Shown one piece after another: positions 29,975 to 40,413 of a stretch of 64,000 nt of DNA (position 1 is its first letter; the number at the start of each line of letters is the position of its first letter). The stretch is from assembly GCA_045656425.1 (NCBI GenBank), contig JAZORE010000041.1:4579-68578 (forward strand), written 5' to 3'. A program made the translations under genes and the position numbers. Under the pieces are notes generated by a model. The model worked only from the letters and a program-made list of their open reading frames with translations. It did no database searches and was not told the origin of the DNA. The stretch comes from Alloprevotella sp. (GTDB lineage Bacteria > Bacteroidota > Bacteroidia > Bacteroidales > Bacteroidaceae).

Positions 29975-31174
29975 CTAAACCGGATCAAAGAAAGTATCTG
30001 GACGCTCAGGATTGAAAATCTCGTTGCAATACATCACTGTGACAAGATCCTGTGTATCGGAGAGATTGATAATATTGTGTGTATAACCAGGAAGCATGAT
30101 GACCGACTGAATCTTATCACCACTCACTTCGTATTCACGAATTTCGTCCGAACCTTCCTTGCGCAACTGAATTAACCCGTGACCACTCACCACAATAAAC
30201 TGCTCCCATTTCGTGTTGTGCCAATGCTGACCTTTAGTTACACCAGGTTTGGAGATGTTGATACTTACCTGTCCGCAGTTAAGCGTATGCACCAATTCTG
30301 TAAATGAACCACGGTCGTCCTTATTCATCTTAATGTCAAATATGGTCTTTTCCTGTGGCAAATAACTAAGATAAGTGCTATACAAACGCTTCGCAAAACT
30401 ATCTGCAGGGATTTCAGGAATCATAAGTGTGCGAGGCATCGCTTCAAACTGATGAAGCAAATCTACAATCTGCCCCAAGGTAGCTTTGTGCGTCACTGGG
30501 CAGTAGCAGTAGCGACCATCTTCCAGAGGAAGCACATCCAGGCCTTCAAATTCACAACGATGCTCCTTACCTTGCAATGCAGCAATCATTTCCTCCACCA
30601 AGTCGTCAATATAGAGTAGTTCAAGTTCGACACTTGGATCATTCACTGTTATAGGAAGATCATTTGCGATATTGTTACAGAAGGTTGCTACAGCACTATT
30701 GTAGTTAGGACGACACCATTTACCATACAAATTAGGGAAACGATACACCAACACACGAGCACCCACCTCTGCACCATATTCTAAGAATAGGTCTTCGCCA
30801 GCCTTTTTGCTTCGTCCATATTCACTGTTGCCAAAACGCCCGGTCAGTGAAGCCTGCGCCGAGCTTGAAAGCATCACAGGACAACTGTTGCCATGCTTCT
30901 TTAATGTTTCAAGCAAGGTGGAGGCAAAACCGAAATTGCCCTGCATAAACTCTTCGGTGTTCTGTGGACGATTCACACCTGCTAGGTTAAAAACGAAATT
31001 GCACTCGCGACAATAGGTATCCAACTCCTCCGCCGTGCTGTCAATATCATACTCATACACCTCGCTCACGGTTAAATCGCCATAGCAACGTGCCTTGCCT
31101 TCCTTTATATTCTTCAATTGTGCACAAAGGTTCTGACCAACGAATCCTTTGGCACCTGTAACTAGTATTTTCAT
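29975..31174 (-). CDS. FnlB/WbjC (CapF-like) reductase with a C-terminal cupin
   Basis: TGAKGFVG, NLAGVNRP, YGRSK, NLYGKWCRPNYNS, DDRGSFTE, GQHWHNTK. Confidence 0.88.
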   Translation of the reverse strand: MKILVTGAKGFVGQNLCAQLKNIKEGKARCYGDLTVSEVYEYDIDSTAEELDTYCRECNFVFNLAGVNRPQNTEEFMQGNFGFASTLLETLKKHGNSCPVMLSSSAQASLTGRFGNSEYGRSKKAGEDLFLEYGAEVGARVLVYRFPNLYGKWCRPNYNSAVATFCNNIANDLPITVNDPSVELELLYIDDLVEEMIAALQGKEHRCEFEGLDVLPLEDGRYCYCPVTHKATLGQIVDLLHQFEAMPRTLMIPEIPADSFAKRLYSTYLSYLPQEKTIFDIKMNKDDRGSFTELVHTLNCGQVSINISKPGVTKGQHWHNTKWEQFIVVSGHGLIQLRKEGSDEIREYEVSGDKIQSVIMLPGYTHNIINLSDTQDLVTVMYCNEIFNPERPDTFFDPV

Positions 31175-31203
31175 GACGAGATTTTTTACTTCACGCAATT
31201 TTG

Positions 31204-31363
31204 TTTCATGCAAAGATACGAAAGAATGCTAAGACGTTTAATTTTTGACCGCGGATTATACTAATATAACGGATTGTGTTAACACCTTATCAGAAAACTT
31301 CCGTCCAATCTGTTATATCCGTGTTCAAGAATTCTTTGTAATGTTTAGAATCTTTGCGTGAAA
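31204..31363. repeat. Two nested imperfect inverted repeats
   Basis: tcatgcaaagat / atctttgcgtga outside; tataacggatt / aatctgttata inside. Confidence 0.6.
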
Positions 31364-31392
31364 ATGTAACTCAACGTTTCTGCGTACACCAA

Positions 31393-32484
31393 TTACTCGC
31401 TTCGTATCTCCTTACCTTTACTTCTTGGAATCAAACCAAGGTCTTCACGGATAAAGCGGAGTTTCAACAAAAGTTGCTTCATGCCTTCTACATCCAAGCG
31501 ACCTGTATTGTGTGAATGGTAGTCCTCAATCTTAGAAATCTCCTCACTACCATCAGTAAAGAACTTGTCATAGTTCAAGTCGCGATTGTCACAAGGAATG
31601 CGGTAGTAGTCGCCCATATCAATAGCCTTGGCCATTTCTTCACGAGTTACGAGTGTTTCGTATAACTTCTCGCCATGGCGGGTACCAATTACGCGTACTT
31701 CTGTTTCGCCATACTTGGGATTAATCTGTTCATAAGTTTGCTTCAATGCCTCAGCAAGAACTTCCAAAGTAGCAGCTGGAGCTTTTTGTACGAAGAGGTC
31801 ACCATTTTCGCCATGTGTAAAGGCATAGATAACAAGATCCACTGCATCGTCAAGCGTCATCATGAAGCGCGTCATGTTAGGATCGGTGATAGTAATGGGT
31901 TTACCCTGTTCAATCTGTTCCACCCAAAGAGGAATTACCGAACCACGACTCGCCATTACATTACCATAGCGTGTACAGCAGATGGTAGTCTTTGCGCCTT
32001 GACCTAATTCACGTCCTTTAGCAATAGCCACCTTTTCCATCAAGGCTTTTGAAATCCCCATCGCATTGATAGGATAAGCAGCCTTGTCGGTAGAGAGTAC
32101 CACTACATTCTTGACTTCGTGTTCAATAGCAGAGAGCAAAACATTGTGCGTACCAATCACATTGGTCATTGTAGCCTCCATGGGGAAGAACTCACACGAG
32201 GGCACCTGCTTCAAGGCAGCAGCAGCAAACACATAGTCCACACCACGCATCGCCACATCCACCGATTCACGATTACGCACATTGCCGATATAGAACTTTA
32301 CCTTGCTTGCCACCTCAGGATATTGCGCCTGCAAGTGGTGACGCATATCATCTTGTTTCTTCTCGTCACGAGAGAGAATACGAATCTCACGAATGTCGCT
32401 AGTCAAGAAGCGACGAAGTACAGCATTACCAAACGAACCTGTACCACCTGTAATCAACAGGACTTTTCCTTCAAATACTGACAT
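31393..32484 (-). CDS. UDP-GlcNAc 4,6-dehydratase/5-epimerase (FnlA/WbjB-type)
   Basis: TGGTGSFG, SRDEKKQ, AALKQVPSCEF, STDKAAYPINAMGISK, GTRHGEKLYE. Confidence 0.9.
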   Translation of the reverse strand: MSVFEGKVLLITGGTGSFGNAVLRRFLTSDIREIRILSRDEKKQDDMRHHLQAQYPEVASKVKFYIGNVRNRESVDVAMRGVDYVFAAAALKQVPSCEFFPMEATMTNVIGTHNVLLSAIEHEVKNVVVLSTDKAAYPINAMGISKALMEKVAIAKGRELGQGAKTTICCTRYGNVMASRGSVIPLWVEQIEQGKPITITDPNMTRFMMTLDDAVDLVIYAFTHGENGDLFVQKAPAATLEVLAEALKQTYEQINPKYGETEVRVIGTRHGEKLYETLVTREEMAKAIDMGDYYRIPCDNRDLNYDKFFTDGSEEISKIEDYHSHNTGRLDVEGMKQLLLKLRFIREDLGLIPRSKGKEIRSE

Positions 32485-32500
32485 AAATTGGAAAGTATAT

Positions 32501-33181
32501 TTAATCGTTTATCTTACAATAAGAATTATTGTCGTTTTTAAATATATTAAAACGCTTTTTAAATAGTTCGAAGTCAATCTGGTTCTTTTGAAAAAACTCA
32601 ATATTTTTCTTTAAGAATTCTTCAGGAAAATTCCACCATTCAAGTTTCAGTAGTTCCTCTATAATATCCTCCGAAAATCGATAACGGATAATTTTTGCAG
32701 GGACTCCTCCCACAATTGCATAAGGAGGAACATCTTTTGTTACAACAGCGCCGGCCCCTATTACTGCACCATTTCCAATTGTGACTCCATCTAATATCAT
32801 CGCTCTATTTCCGATCCATACATCATTGCCGATTTTCACAGCATTCGCATGTGCTGCATTTATATTAGTAGAGACCCACGAATGTCCCGTTCCGTTGTAT
32901 CTCTCAGTAAATATAGGAGAAGTGCTAATATAATTCAAAGTATGAGTCCCCATACCTATAGCACAATTGTGAGATATAGAACAAAAGTTACCAATTTCTG
33001 CATTGACTAAATTTGTGCCACCACCAATATAAGAATAATCTCCCACACTAGAATGAAAAACCTGAACATTGGAATTGATTCGTGCTTTCTTACTAACTTT
33101 TGAAACGTTATCTATTTTAGCAAAAATAGATACTGCTGGGTTGAAAAAATTTATAATTAACCCAATAATATATTTTAACAT
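32501..33181 (-). CDS. CatB-related hexapeptide O-acetyltransferase
   Basis: [40 protein letters not shown]. Confidence 0.85.
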   Translation of the reverse strand: MLKYIIGLIINFFNPAVSIFAKIDNVSKVSKKARINSNVQVFHSSVGDYSYIGGGTNLVNAEIGNFCSISHNCAIGMGTHTLNYISTSPIFTERYNGTGHSWVSTNINAAHANAVKIGNDVWIGNRAMILDGVTIGNGAVIGAGAVVTKDVPPYAIVGGVPAKIIRYRFSEDIIEELLKLEWWNFPEEFLKKNIEFFQKNQIDFELFKKRFNIFKNDNNSYCKIND

Positions 33182-33187
33182 TACTTT

Positions 33188-34294
33188 TTATCCTAATACT
33201 TTTCTTAATACCTTAATCTGAAACTCAGGTGTCCATTGAATGTCTATTTCATCCATACAAGCCTTCCTAACGACCTCTCTCTTTGATTGATTTTTAGAAA
33301 ACCAATCATCAATACAATCTGCTAGATGATTAATATCATTACGTTTAAAAAAGCATCCAGTTACATTTGGTTTGATAGCTTCAAACTCTGGCATTTGGTA
33401 TGGAAAATCATTATGAGTAATACAAGGAGTCCCAAATACCATAGAATGCATAGCAGTAAGACCAATATTGCCTGGCGCAACACAAAGATCAGCATTATAA
33501 ATAAGCGAACTCAATTCTTTCTCGTCATAACAGGGACCATAGAACCAAACCTGAGCATTTAATTTCAACTCTTCTGTTCTTCTCTTTAAATTGTCCATTT
33601 CTGCCCCCCCACCAATGAAAGTAAGATTATAGAAACGACCACGGTTATTACAGATAACCATCGCTTCTAATATCTGATCAAGCTGTTTCACAGGAGTTAA
33701 ACGACCAACAAAAAATAAGTTTGGATTATCATTTTTAAAATGTTCTTTGTAAACCTTAGACGAACTCAAACGATTGCGAATTTCAATCTGTTGATCATAT
33801 GCTAATGAATTATGGATTGGATAAATTTTATCAGCTTTAAATCCCTCCTTAATCATCAAATTCCTTGCATAATCACCATAGGTAAATACTCCGCCATTAG
33901 GTAGTTTTAAAAATATTTTTTTAACCAAACGTTCAAGTCTTGTTTCTTTGCCATACCAACCATGAGTCCAAAAATAAACTTTCTTTTTGGGCCTTAAAAA
34001 AAGAGCCAGTATACAAAACAGCCATGTGCTTAGAGCCCGACTCTCACCTAATAGTATGTAATGGTCATAATTTTTAAACAACTGAGTGATTACCCCTGGT
34101 TGCCAATACCAACCACCCAAAATCTTATTTGTATGAGTTTCTGTTACATTCCCTTTTAGAAGACTATAATCCATCTTCTTAACATCACTCATAGAATCCC
34201 CAAAAACAAAATCACAACTAAACTCCCTATCTATTAAGGTAAATATATTAGTGCGATAATGTTGAGCAAAATTGTATATCAAACAGAGTTTCAT
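33188..34294 (-). CDS. GT4 glycosyltransferase
   Basis: FVGRLTPVK, PGNIGLTAMHSMVFGTP, MPEFEAI. Confidence 0.85.
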   Translation of the reverse strand: MKLCLIYNFAQHYRTNIFTLIDREFSCDFVFGDSMSDVKKMDYSLLKGNVTETHTNKILGGWYWQPGVITQLFKNYDHYILLGESRALSTWLFCILALFLRPKKKVYFWTHGWYGKETRLERLVKKIFLKLPNGGVFTYGDYARNLMIKEGFKADKIYPIHNSLAYDQQIEIRNRLSSSKVYKEHFKNDNPNLFFVGRLTPVKQLDQILEAMVICNNRGRFYNLTFIGGGAEMDNLKRRTEELKLNAQVWFYGPCYDEKELSSLIYNADLCVAPGNIGLTAMHSMVFGTPCITHNDFPYQMPEFEAIKPNVTGCFFKRNDINHLADCIDDWFSKNQSKREVVRKACMDEIDIQWTPEFQIKVLRKVLG

Positions 34295-34305
34295 ATATTA
34301 CATAT

Positions 34306-35655
34306 TTAATCTCTTCTAAACAAATCGCGAGTATAAACCTTTTCTTGAACATCATCCAAGCAAACCTCGTAACGATTTGCTACAATAGCATTAGCTTGTG
34401 ATTTGAATGCGTTCAAATCATTCACCACCCTACTTCCGAAAAAAGTGCTACCGTCTTCAAGTGTGGGTTCATAAATGATAATATTAGCACCTTTCGCCTT
34501 AATGCGCTTCATGATACCCTGAATGGCGCTCTGACGGAAGTTATCAGAGTTGGCTTTCATGGTGAGACGGAAAATTCCGATGGTGGGAAGAGTTTGGACG
34601 TTCAGAGAGGAGAGTTGAGAGTTGAGAGAACTGTTGTATTGATTGTGCTCAGTGTAGTCATACCATCCTGCCATGTGGAGTACCTGGTCGGCAATGAAAT
34701 CCTTGCGAGTTCTGTTACTTTCTACGATGGCAGACATCATGTTTTGAGGTACATCTTGATAGTTAGCGAGCAACTGCTTGGTATCCTTGGGGAGACAGTA
34801 GCCGCCATAACCGAAGGAGGGGTTATTATAATGCGTGCCGATACGTGGGTCGAGACCGATGCCCTGGATTATAGCTTGGGGATCAAGACCTTTTACTTCT
34901 GCATAGGTATCGAGTTCGTTGAAATAACTGACACGGAGAGCTAAGTAGGTGTTGGCAAAGAGTTTTACGGCTTCAGCTTCCTTCAAGCCCATAAACAAGG
35001 TATCTACGTCCTGCTTGATCGCGCCTTGCTGGAGAAGACCGGCAAAAGTATGTGCGGCTTCAGTGAGGCGTTCTACGTCAGCAATAGCATTGATAGCAGC
35101 ATTTTCTTCATCAAATTGCTCTATCTGCTTCGGTATACCTACGATAATACGTGAGGGATAAAGGTTGTCATACAGCGCCTTACTCTCGCGCAAGAATTCA
35201 GGAGAGAAGAGCAGATTAAAATTCTTACCTTGCAATGCTGGTTCTGTAGCAAAACGTTGCGCATACTTCACATAGAGACTACGACAATAACCTACAGGAA
35301 TCGTACTCTTAATAACCATCACTGCGTCGGGATTGTATTGCAAAACGAGGTCGATGACTGCTTCTACGGCAGAAGTGTCGAAGAAGTTCTTCTGACTGTC
35401 GTAGTTTGTAGGTGCCGCAATAATGACAAATTCAGCGTCTTTATACGCAGCTTCTGCATCAAGAGTGGCGGTAAGGTTAAGCTCCTTTTCTGCGAAGTAC
35501 TTTTCAATATAGTCATCCTGAATGGGAGAAACACGGCGGTTGATTTTCTCTACCTTTTCTGCCATGATGTCCACGGCGATGACTTCATTGTGTTGTGCAA
35601 GGATAGTGGCCATACTAAGACCTACATATCCTGTACCTGCTACTGCTATTCTCAT
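34306..35655 (-). CDS. ugd: UDP-glucose 6-dehydrogenase (copy A, with insertions)
   Basis: [40 protein letters not shown]. Confidence 0.92.
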   Translation of the reverse strand: MRIAVAGTGYVGLSMATILAQHNEVIAVDIMAEKVEKINRRVSPIQDDYIEKYFAEKELNLTATLDAEAAYKDAEFVIIAAPTNYDSQKNFFDTSAVEAVIDLVLQYNPDAVMVIKSTIPVGYCRSLYVKYAQRFATEPALQGKNFNLLFSPEFLRESKALYDNLYPSRIIVGIPKQIEQFDEENAAINAIADVERLTEAAHTFAGLLQQGAIKQDVDTLFMGLKEAEAVKLFANTYLALRVSYFNELDTYAEVKGLDPQAIIQGIGLDPRIGTHYNNPSFGYGGYCLPKDTKQLLANYQDVPQNMMSAIVESNRTRKDFIADQVLHMAGWYDYTEHNQYNSSLNSQLSSLNVQTLPTIGIFRLTMKANSDNFRQSAIQGIMKRIKAKGANIIIYEPTLEDGSTFFGSRVVNDLNAFKSQANAIVANRYEVCLDDVQEKVYTRDLFRRD

Positions 35656-35713
35656 AATTAAATTAGTCTTTCTGTTTTCCTCAATTAACATATTACGATG
35701 CTAAATATCTTTC

Positions 35714-36568
35714 TTACAGTTTATTCTCATTTTTCCAGTAAAACTCTCCCATGTCATCAAGAGCTTTTTGAGTCCACCTATGAAAGATACATCCTGCAGG
35801 AGTTAACGTAATTTCTCCAAACCAAATTTTTTCCCCATTTGAGTATAAATCAATTCGTACCAAATCCATTTCAGCAGACAAATTTTCTGCGACCGAAATC
35901 ATCTCTTTAAGATTGTGTGGCTTCTTAAGCAATAATGGTGCGGCATCTTTACTATAATTATATAATGGTTCCCAAATACAAGAATAGGGTAAATAAGAAG
36001 CATGACCTTTTTCTCTATTATTACATGCTAGTATACAAAATACTTTCCCCTTTATACACATAAATTTGTAATCAATAGGAAATCCTCCTGTTCCATCATC
36101 GATATATGACTCACAAACGATTTTGGGTGTGATTAAGTTATAATGACGCTCTGCATTACTATATTTCTTTTTAGTCATCCAACTCCTCATTTTTTCTACA
36201 TTCCCCTTTATGTCAAATTTACTCTTATCAGTACAAATTATATTCATACCTGCACCATAATTCGCCTTTAAAGCAAATCGTTCGGGAAGAGACGAAAATT
36301 CAATATCATCTGGAGATTCATATACTCCAAGCAAGGGGGGCAATAATGAAGAAAATCCTTTCCCCTCAATATAATCTCTTACAAGATATTTGTCTGCTAA
36401 ATAATAGTAATCATTAATTTCACCACTTAATATCTTTTTTATCCATAATTCGGAAAGATCGTTGGGCTTTTTAAAATTTGGCAATTTTCCTCTATTGTGA
36501 AAATACGCAAGTGTGAAAAATAAGCGTGGAGAAAGTTTTGATAACAATCTGGCTAATATATGTTTCAT
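35714..36568 (-). CDS. TupA-like ATP-grasp protein
   Basis: ADKYLVRDY, LKANYGAG, IDYKF, VRIDLY, FGEITLTP. Confidence 0.82.
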   Translation of the reverse strand: MKHILARLLSKLSPRLFFTLAYFHNRGKLPNFKKPNDLSELWIKKILSGEINDYYYLADKYLVRDYIEGKGFSSLLPPLLGVYESPDDIEFSSLPERFALKANYGAGMNIICTDKSKFDIKGNVEKMRSWMTKKKYSNAERHYNLITPKIVCESYIDDGTGGFPIDYKFMCIKGKVFCILACNNREKGHASYLPYSCIWEPLYNYSKDAAPLLLKKPHNLKEMISVAENLSAEMDLVRIDLYSNGEKIWFGEITLTPAGCIFHRWTQKALDDMGEFYWKNENKL

Positions 36569-36590
36569 TTTATTGATTTTAATTACAAAA

Positions 36591-37493
36591 TTACCTCTGT
36601 GAATTCAATTTATAGTAGAGCCGTGGTAAGAAAAGATTGAGTAATCGTCCTATAAATACCATGGGCCATCGAAGTGGAGAATTATTCCATATAAAACGAA
36701 GATAATCTCCACTAGAATGGGCTGGATGACGAAAATATTTACAACGTTCGACTAGAGACATATTTATAACACATTGTGCTTGATATTCTTTATCTAGATG
36801 ATCATTATCGCATATTCCACACGCTTTTGCTGATACTAATACGGGTATGTCTTTTTTTCGTGCACGTATAGAATAATCATAGTCAGCAAATCCATGTTGG
36901 TATGAACCGGAGAATCTCCCTATTTTATCAACGACACTCTTATGTACCAATAAAATATTCGCATTGACTAGTTCACATATTTGAGGAGAATTGCTAATAC
37001 CTATATATTTTGTAGTTCCCTTAAAACGATTAACCCAAATCCTTCCACTATAGGTGCGCTTTGTATAGTCATCAGAAGCACAAGTTATTCCAGAATAAAT
37101 GCCCTCCATTTTATAAACGTTCAGAGCATATTGATGAGTCTCCAACAGTTCTTGTAATGCTCCTGGTAATAATTCTGTATCATCATTCATAAGTAAGTAG
37201 AAATCCCATTCTGAATGACGCTTGTAAGCCACACTCCATGCTAAGCGCATACCGCCAGCCCAAAACAAAGAACCGCTCCCTTGAATGATATGTACAGATT
37301 TATCTGCATATTGAGTACTTATAGCATCAGCTGTTCCATCTGTGCATCCATCATCCACAAGGAAGACTTCTATTGAAATCTTTTGATTTGTTTCGATTTT
37401 ATTGTATTTTCCTAAATCAGTATATAAACTTTGCAAGCATTTACAAGTCTTTTCTTTGCGATTGAAACATGTTAATAATACAGCGATTTTCAT
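36591..37493 (-). CDS. GT2 glycosyltransferase
   Basis: LLTCFNRK, VDDGCTDGT, WAGGMR, MNDD, DYDYS. Confidence 0.87.
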   Translation of the reverse strand: MKIAVLLTCFNRKEKTCKCLQSLYTDLGKYNKIETNQKISIEVFLVDDGCTDGTADAISTQYADKSVHIIQGSGSLFWAGGMRLAWSVAYKRHSEWDFYLLMNDDTELLPGALQELLETHQYALNVYKMEGIYSGITCASDDYTKRTYSGRIWVNRFKGTTKYIGISNSPQICELVNANILLVHKSVVDKIGRFSGSYQHGFADYDYSIRARKKDIPVLVSAKACGICDNDHLDKEYQAQCVINMSLVERCKYFRHPAHSSGDYLRFIWNNSPLRWPMVFIGRLLNLFLPRLYYKLNSQR

Positions 37494-37511
37494 ATTATTT
37501 TATCTTTAAAG

Positions 37512-38687
37512 CTATTCATTAAATAGATCACAAATTTGCTTAACTATTTTATAATTATCAAAGCATTCAGTTTGTACCCCCTGCTTTAATCGGTCCAATG
37601 CTTTTTGATTTGTTATTAACTCAATTAGTACATCTGGCATTTTGTCAACACTACAAATTATTCCATTGGCAAAGTTCTTTATTAACTCATATATTGATGG
37701 ATAATTATTGGAAATTACAGGAACTCCAAGAACGCGTGCTTCGTTTACGACAAAAGGACATGCTTCACTGGATGAGGTGCTGACAAGTAAATCGCTATTC
37801 TTAATGTAAGGGTAAGGGTTGAGTTTTTGGCCAATATACTTGAAGTATTCCTCTGGGATATCATATTTCTTTACTTCCTGGTTGATTTGCTCCAAAGCAC
37901 CTAAATCGACGCCAACTAGAATCCATCTAAAATTAGTAACTCCATTTTTCAATATTTGTGATATGATTTGAGGAATTAAATGAAATTGTTTAACAGGATT
38001 TATCCTACCGATGGATACTATATTAATAATGTTTTTGTCAAATGAAATATCTTCACATATTTCTAATGATTTTTGCTGGATATTGTCTATATCTAACAAA
38101 TTGTAGAGACATGTTGAACGTTCTTTTAATTGGGGATATATAGATACAAAATTGTTCAATGTATATTTTGATACACAAACAATATTGTTGTATTTTGAGT
38201 ACATTGACTCTTCATTCTGATGCTGGTGAAGTTCATGGTATTTGGCATAATCACAATGAATCCATGCTATGCGATTTGAAGCTTCAATATATTGTGAAAA
38301 CCGAGTAGCTGCTCCTTCTTGATATCCTATGACTACATCATAATCTTTGTATTTCTTAGCCACCTGTTTATACAACCAGTTGACAACCCTGGTACGCAGT
38401 CTAATTATGTTAAATAAAGTAAGAATTACCTTGCATATCCATAATAGAAATTTGTGTCTATAATTTTCGCTATGTTCATAAACTCCATCTGTTGCTGTAA
38501 GAATAAAAGAGTTTTGAAGAACCATGCAGTTAGGTAATTCAACATTATTTGAACCTGAATAACCTAATGGTAGAACATGGAATTCAAAACGATTTGTAGG
38601 TAATAAAGAAAGCATATTCTTTAACCCACTGATGACTCCACCTCCATTACGCAATGTTGGGAGAACTATTAGTATTTTTTTCTTCAT
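37512..38687 (-). CDS. GT4 glycosyltransferase
   Basis: WIHCDY, SIGRINPVK, NPYPYIKNSD, EACPFVVNEA. Confidence 0.85.
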   Translation of the reverse strand: MKKKILIVLPTLRNGGGVISGLKNMLSLLPTNRFEFHVLPLGYSGSNNVELPNCMVLQNSFILTATDGVYEHSENYRHKFLLWICKVILTLFNIIRLRTRVVNWLYKQVAKKYKDYDVVIGYQEGAATRFSQYIEASNRIAWIHCDYAKYHELHQHQNEESMYSKYNNIVCVSKYTLNNFVSIYPQLKERSTCLYNLLDIDNIQQKSLEICEDISFDKNIINIVSIGRINPVKQFHLIPQIISQILKNGVTNFRWILVGVDLGALEQINQEVKKYDIPEEYFKYIGQKLNPYPYIKNSDLLVSTSSSEACPFVVNEARVLGVPVISNNYPSIYELIKNFANGIICSVDKMPDVLIELITNQKALDRLKQGVQTECFDNYKIVKQICDLFNE

Positions 38688-38690
38688 CTA

Positions 38691-39249
38691 TTACTGATTA
38701 CTATTAATGAATTTTTCGTGAAGTTTGATCTCATCTTCCATCCACTTCATTTTTATGACCTTTGCAGGAACTCCGCCAACGATACTATATGGAGGAACAT
38801 CCTTAATAACTAATGAACCAGCAGCTATGATGGAACTTCTGCCGATTTTGACTCCTTTAAGAATGGTTACGTTACATCCTATCCAAACATCCTCCTCTAT
38901 TATCACATCTTGGTCATAACAAGATTCTTTTTCTTCTCCTTTGACAGAGTCCAACCAACGTCCAAGAATGTATTTATGGTCGCCTGTTATTATTGTTAGA
39001 TTAGGTCCAGACATAACATGTTGCTTGATAATAAGTTTTGCTCCAGTTGTATATATAGTTGTCCCTGGACCTATATTTACATTCTCTGCCATTTGGATGT
39101 TCTCTGCTCCGGCAACTATGAAAGGATAATGGATGTTTCTTTTACCCCCCCCCTAAAACTTTTTTAAGCTTCTGAGTTTTGTAATAAATTGAAAGCCTAT
39201 CAATATTTGAACATAAAAAACCGCAGAAGTATTTAATTTTACTAAACAT
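38691..39249 (-). pseudogene. Hexapeptide O-acetyltransferase frameshifted at a G9 tract (candidate phase-OFF allele)
   Basis: ATG at 39249 reads MFSKIKYF...KKVLGGG then TAA; the downstream frame GKRNIHYPFIVAGAENIQMAENV...EEDVWIG...GGVPAK joins only if the tract is G8 or G11. Confidence 0.8.
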
Positions 39250-39276
39250 AATTGTGTGTCTTTTAATTATTTATCA

Positions 39277-40404
39277 TCAGGGTATCCCCTTAATAATTGC
39301 ATAAACTTTAAAAACAATGGTACTCACTAACAATGCATAAACAAACAAATTACATTCTTTTGAGCGCCTATATTTTTTATAATATAAAGCGAGAAATAAT
39401 GTTAAAGGTAAGTAAGCCGCCTTCTCAAATTTTGCTGAAATAGCATAGGAGGTTGAAGAAAGTAAAGAAGAAAAGATAAATAGGAGAACAACATTTAATA
39501 AAAAAGACTTTTCCAACAGGGTGAATTTTTGTGGGTATTTTAGATAATTAGACAAACAAAAGAAGACCATTAGATAAAGAGGACCTTTCAATAAGGTTTT
39601 ACTCAAAATACCAAAGGCATTACTAGCCCCCGCAACCTCATTTTCTTCTACATATAGCATTGCTGTTTCCGCTGTTTCAGAGGACGTCTGTTCTAGAAAA
39701 AAAGCAATTGAATCTAAAAGGGCAAAGCTGATAAAAATAGCCCCCAAGATTAAGATTAATAACGTTTTCCCATTAAGCGGATATAATAAAGAGAAATAAG
39801 CAACTACAATATAAAAAATCATTGCATTGTGAAATGGGAGAGCTGAAAATAAACTGATAATTGATATTATTAATAATATCATCTTTTTATTTTGACGCCA
39901 CAATACAAAATATACTAATGATATATAAATAAGTGAATATCCAGCAACAGCACGTTGATAGTAAAATAAGACGGGTAAGGCAAATGTACAACAAGCAATA
40001 GTTGCTAAATGTTTGTCTAATTTTAAACTTTTACATAAAAAGATAAAAGCTGTGGCTCCCATTATACCCCAAAGGAGGAATCTCCATGAAAAATATCCCC
40101 AAGGTGCCAGATTCATTATCTTAAAATGAAACTCTTCTAGATGTAGGTATTCCCATTTTACACCTAGAAAATACGAATTGTATACATTGAGTGCAGCATA
40201 ATTGTCTCCCCCAAAAGGGCAATAAAAAACAGAATACAATGTAAAAACCACCCACAAGACAAAATATCCAGTCCCCCCCCCCGCTCGATGGCTAAATAAA
40301 TGCTTATAATTTAGAAAAATTATAAGGCAAAGCAATAATATGCATGAGTTACATATATATATATTTCCAACTAAGGAATCTAACAATGAATTGGCCATAA
40401 ACAA
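39277..40404 (-). CDS. Wzy/EpsG-like polysaccharide polymerase containing an in-frame G10 tract
   Basis: Multi-TM, AT-rich protein between glycosyltransferases; C10 at 40273-40282 encodes HRAGGGT. Confidence 0.7.
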   Translation of the reverse strand: MFMANSLLDSLVGNIYICNSCILLLCLIIFLNYKHLFSHRAGGGTGYFVLWVVFTLYSVFYCPFGGDNYAALNVYNSYFLGVKWEYLHLEEFHFKIMNLAPWGYFSWRFLLWGIMGATAFIFLCKSLKLDKHLATIACCTFALPVLFYYQRAVAGYSLIYISLVYFVLWRQNKKMILLIISIISLFSALPFHNAMIFYIVVAYFSLLYPLNGKTLLILILGAIFISFALLDSIAFFLEQTSSETAETAMLYVEENEVAGASNAFGILSKTLLKGPLYLMVFFCLSNYLKYPQKFTLLEKSFLLNVVLLFIFSSLLSSTSYAISAKFEKAAYLPLTLFLALYYKKYRRSKECNLFVYALLVSTIVFKVYAIIKGIP

Positions 40405-40413
40405 ATTTATTGG

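Noticed and set aside
32501-33181. Antibiotic acetyltransferase (CatB/Vat)
   Set aside because: Its position among glycosyltransferases indicates a polysaccharide O-acetyltransferase.
33604-33610. C7 run in a GT4 gene as a phase-variation site
   Set aside because: It is short, in frame and explained by Gly codons (IGGGA).
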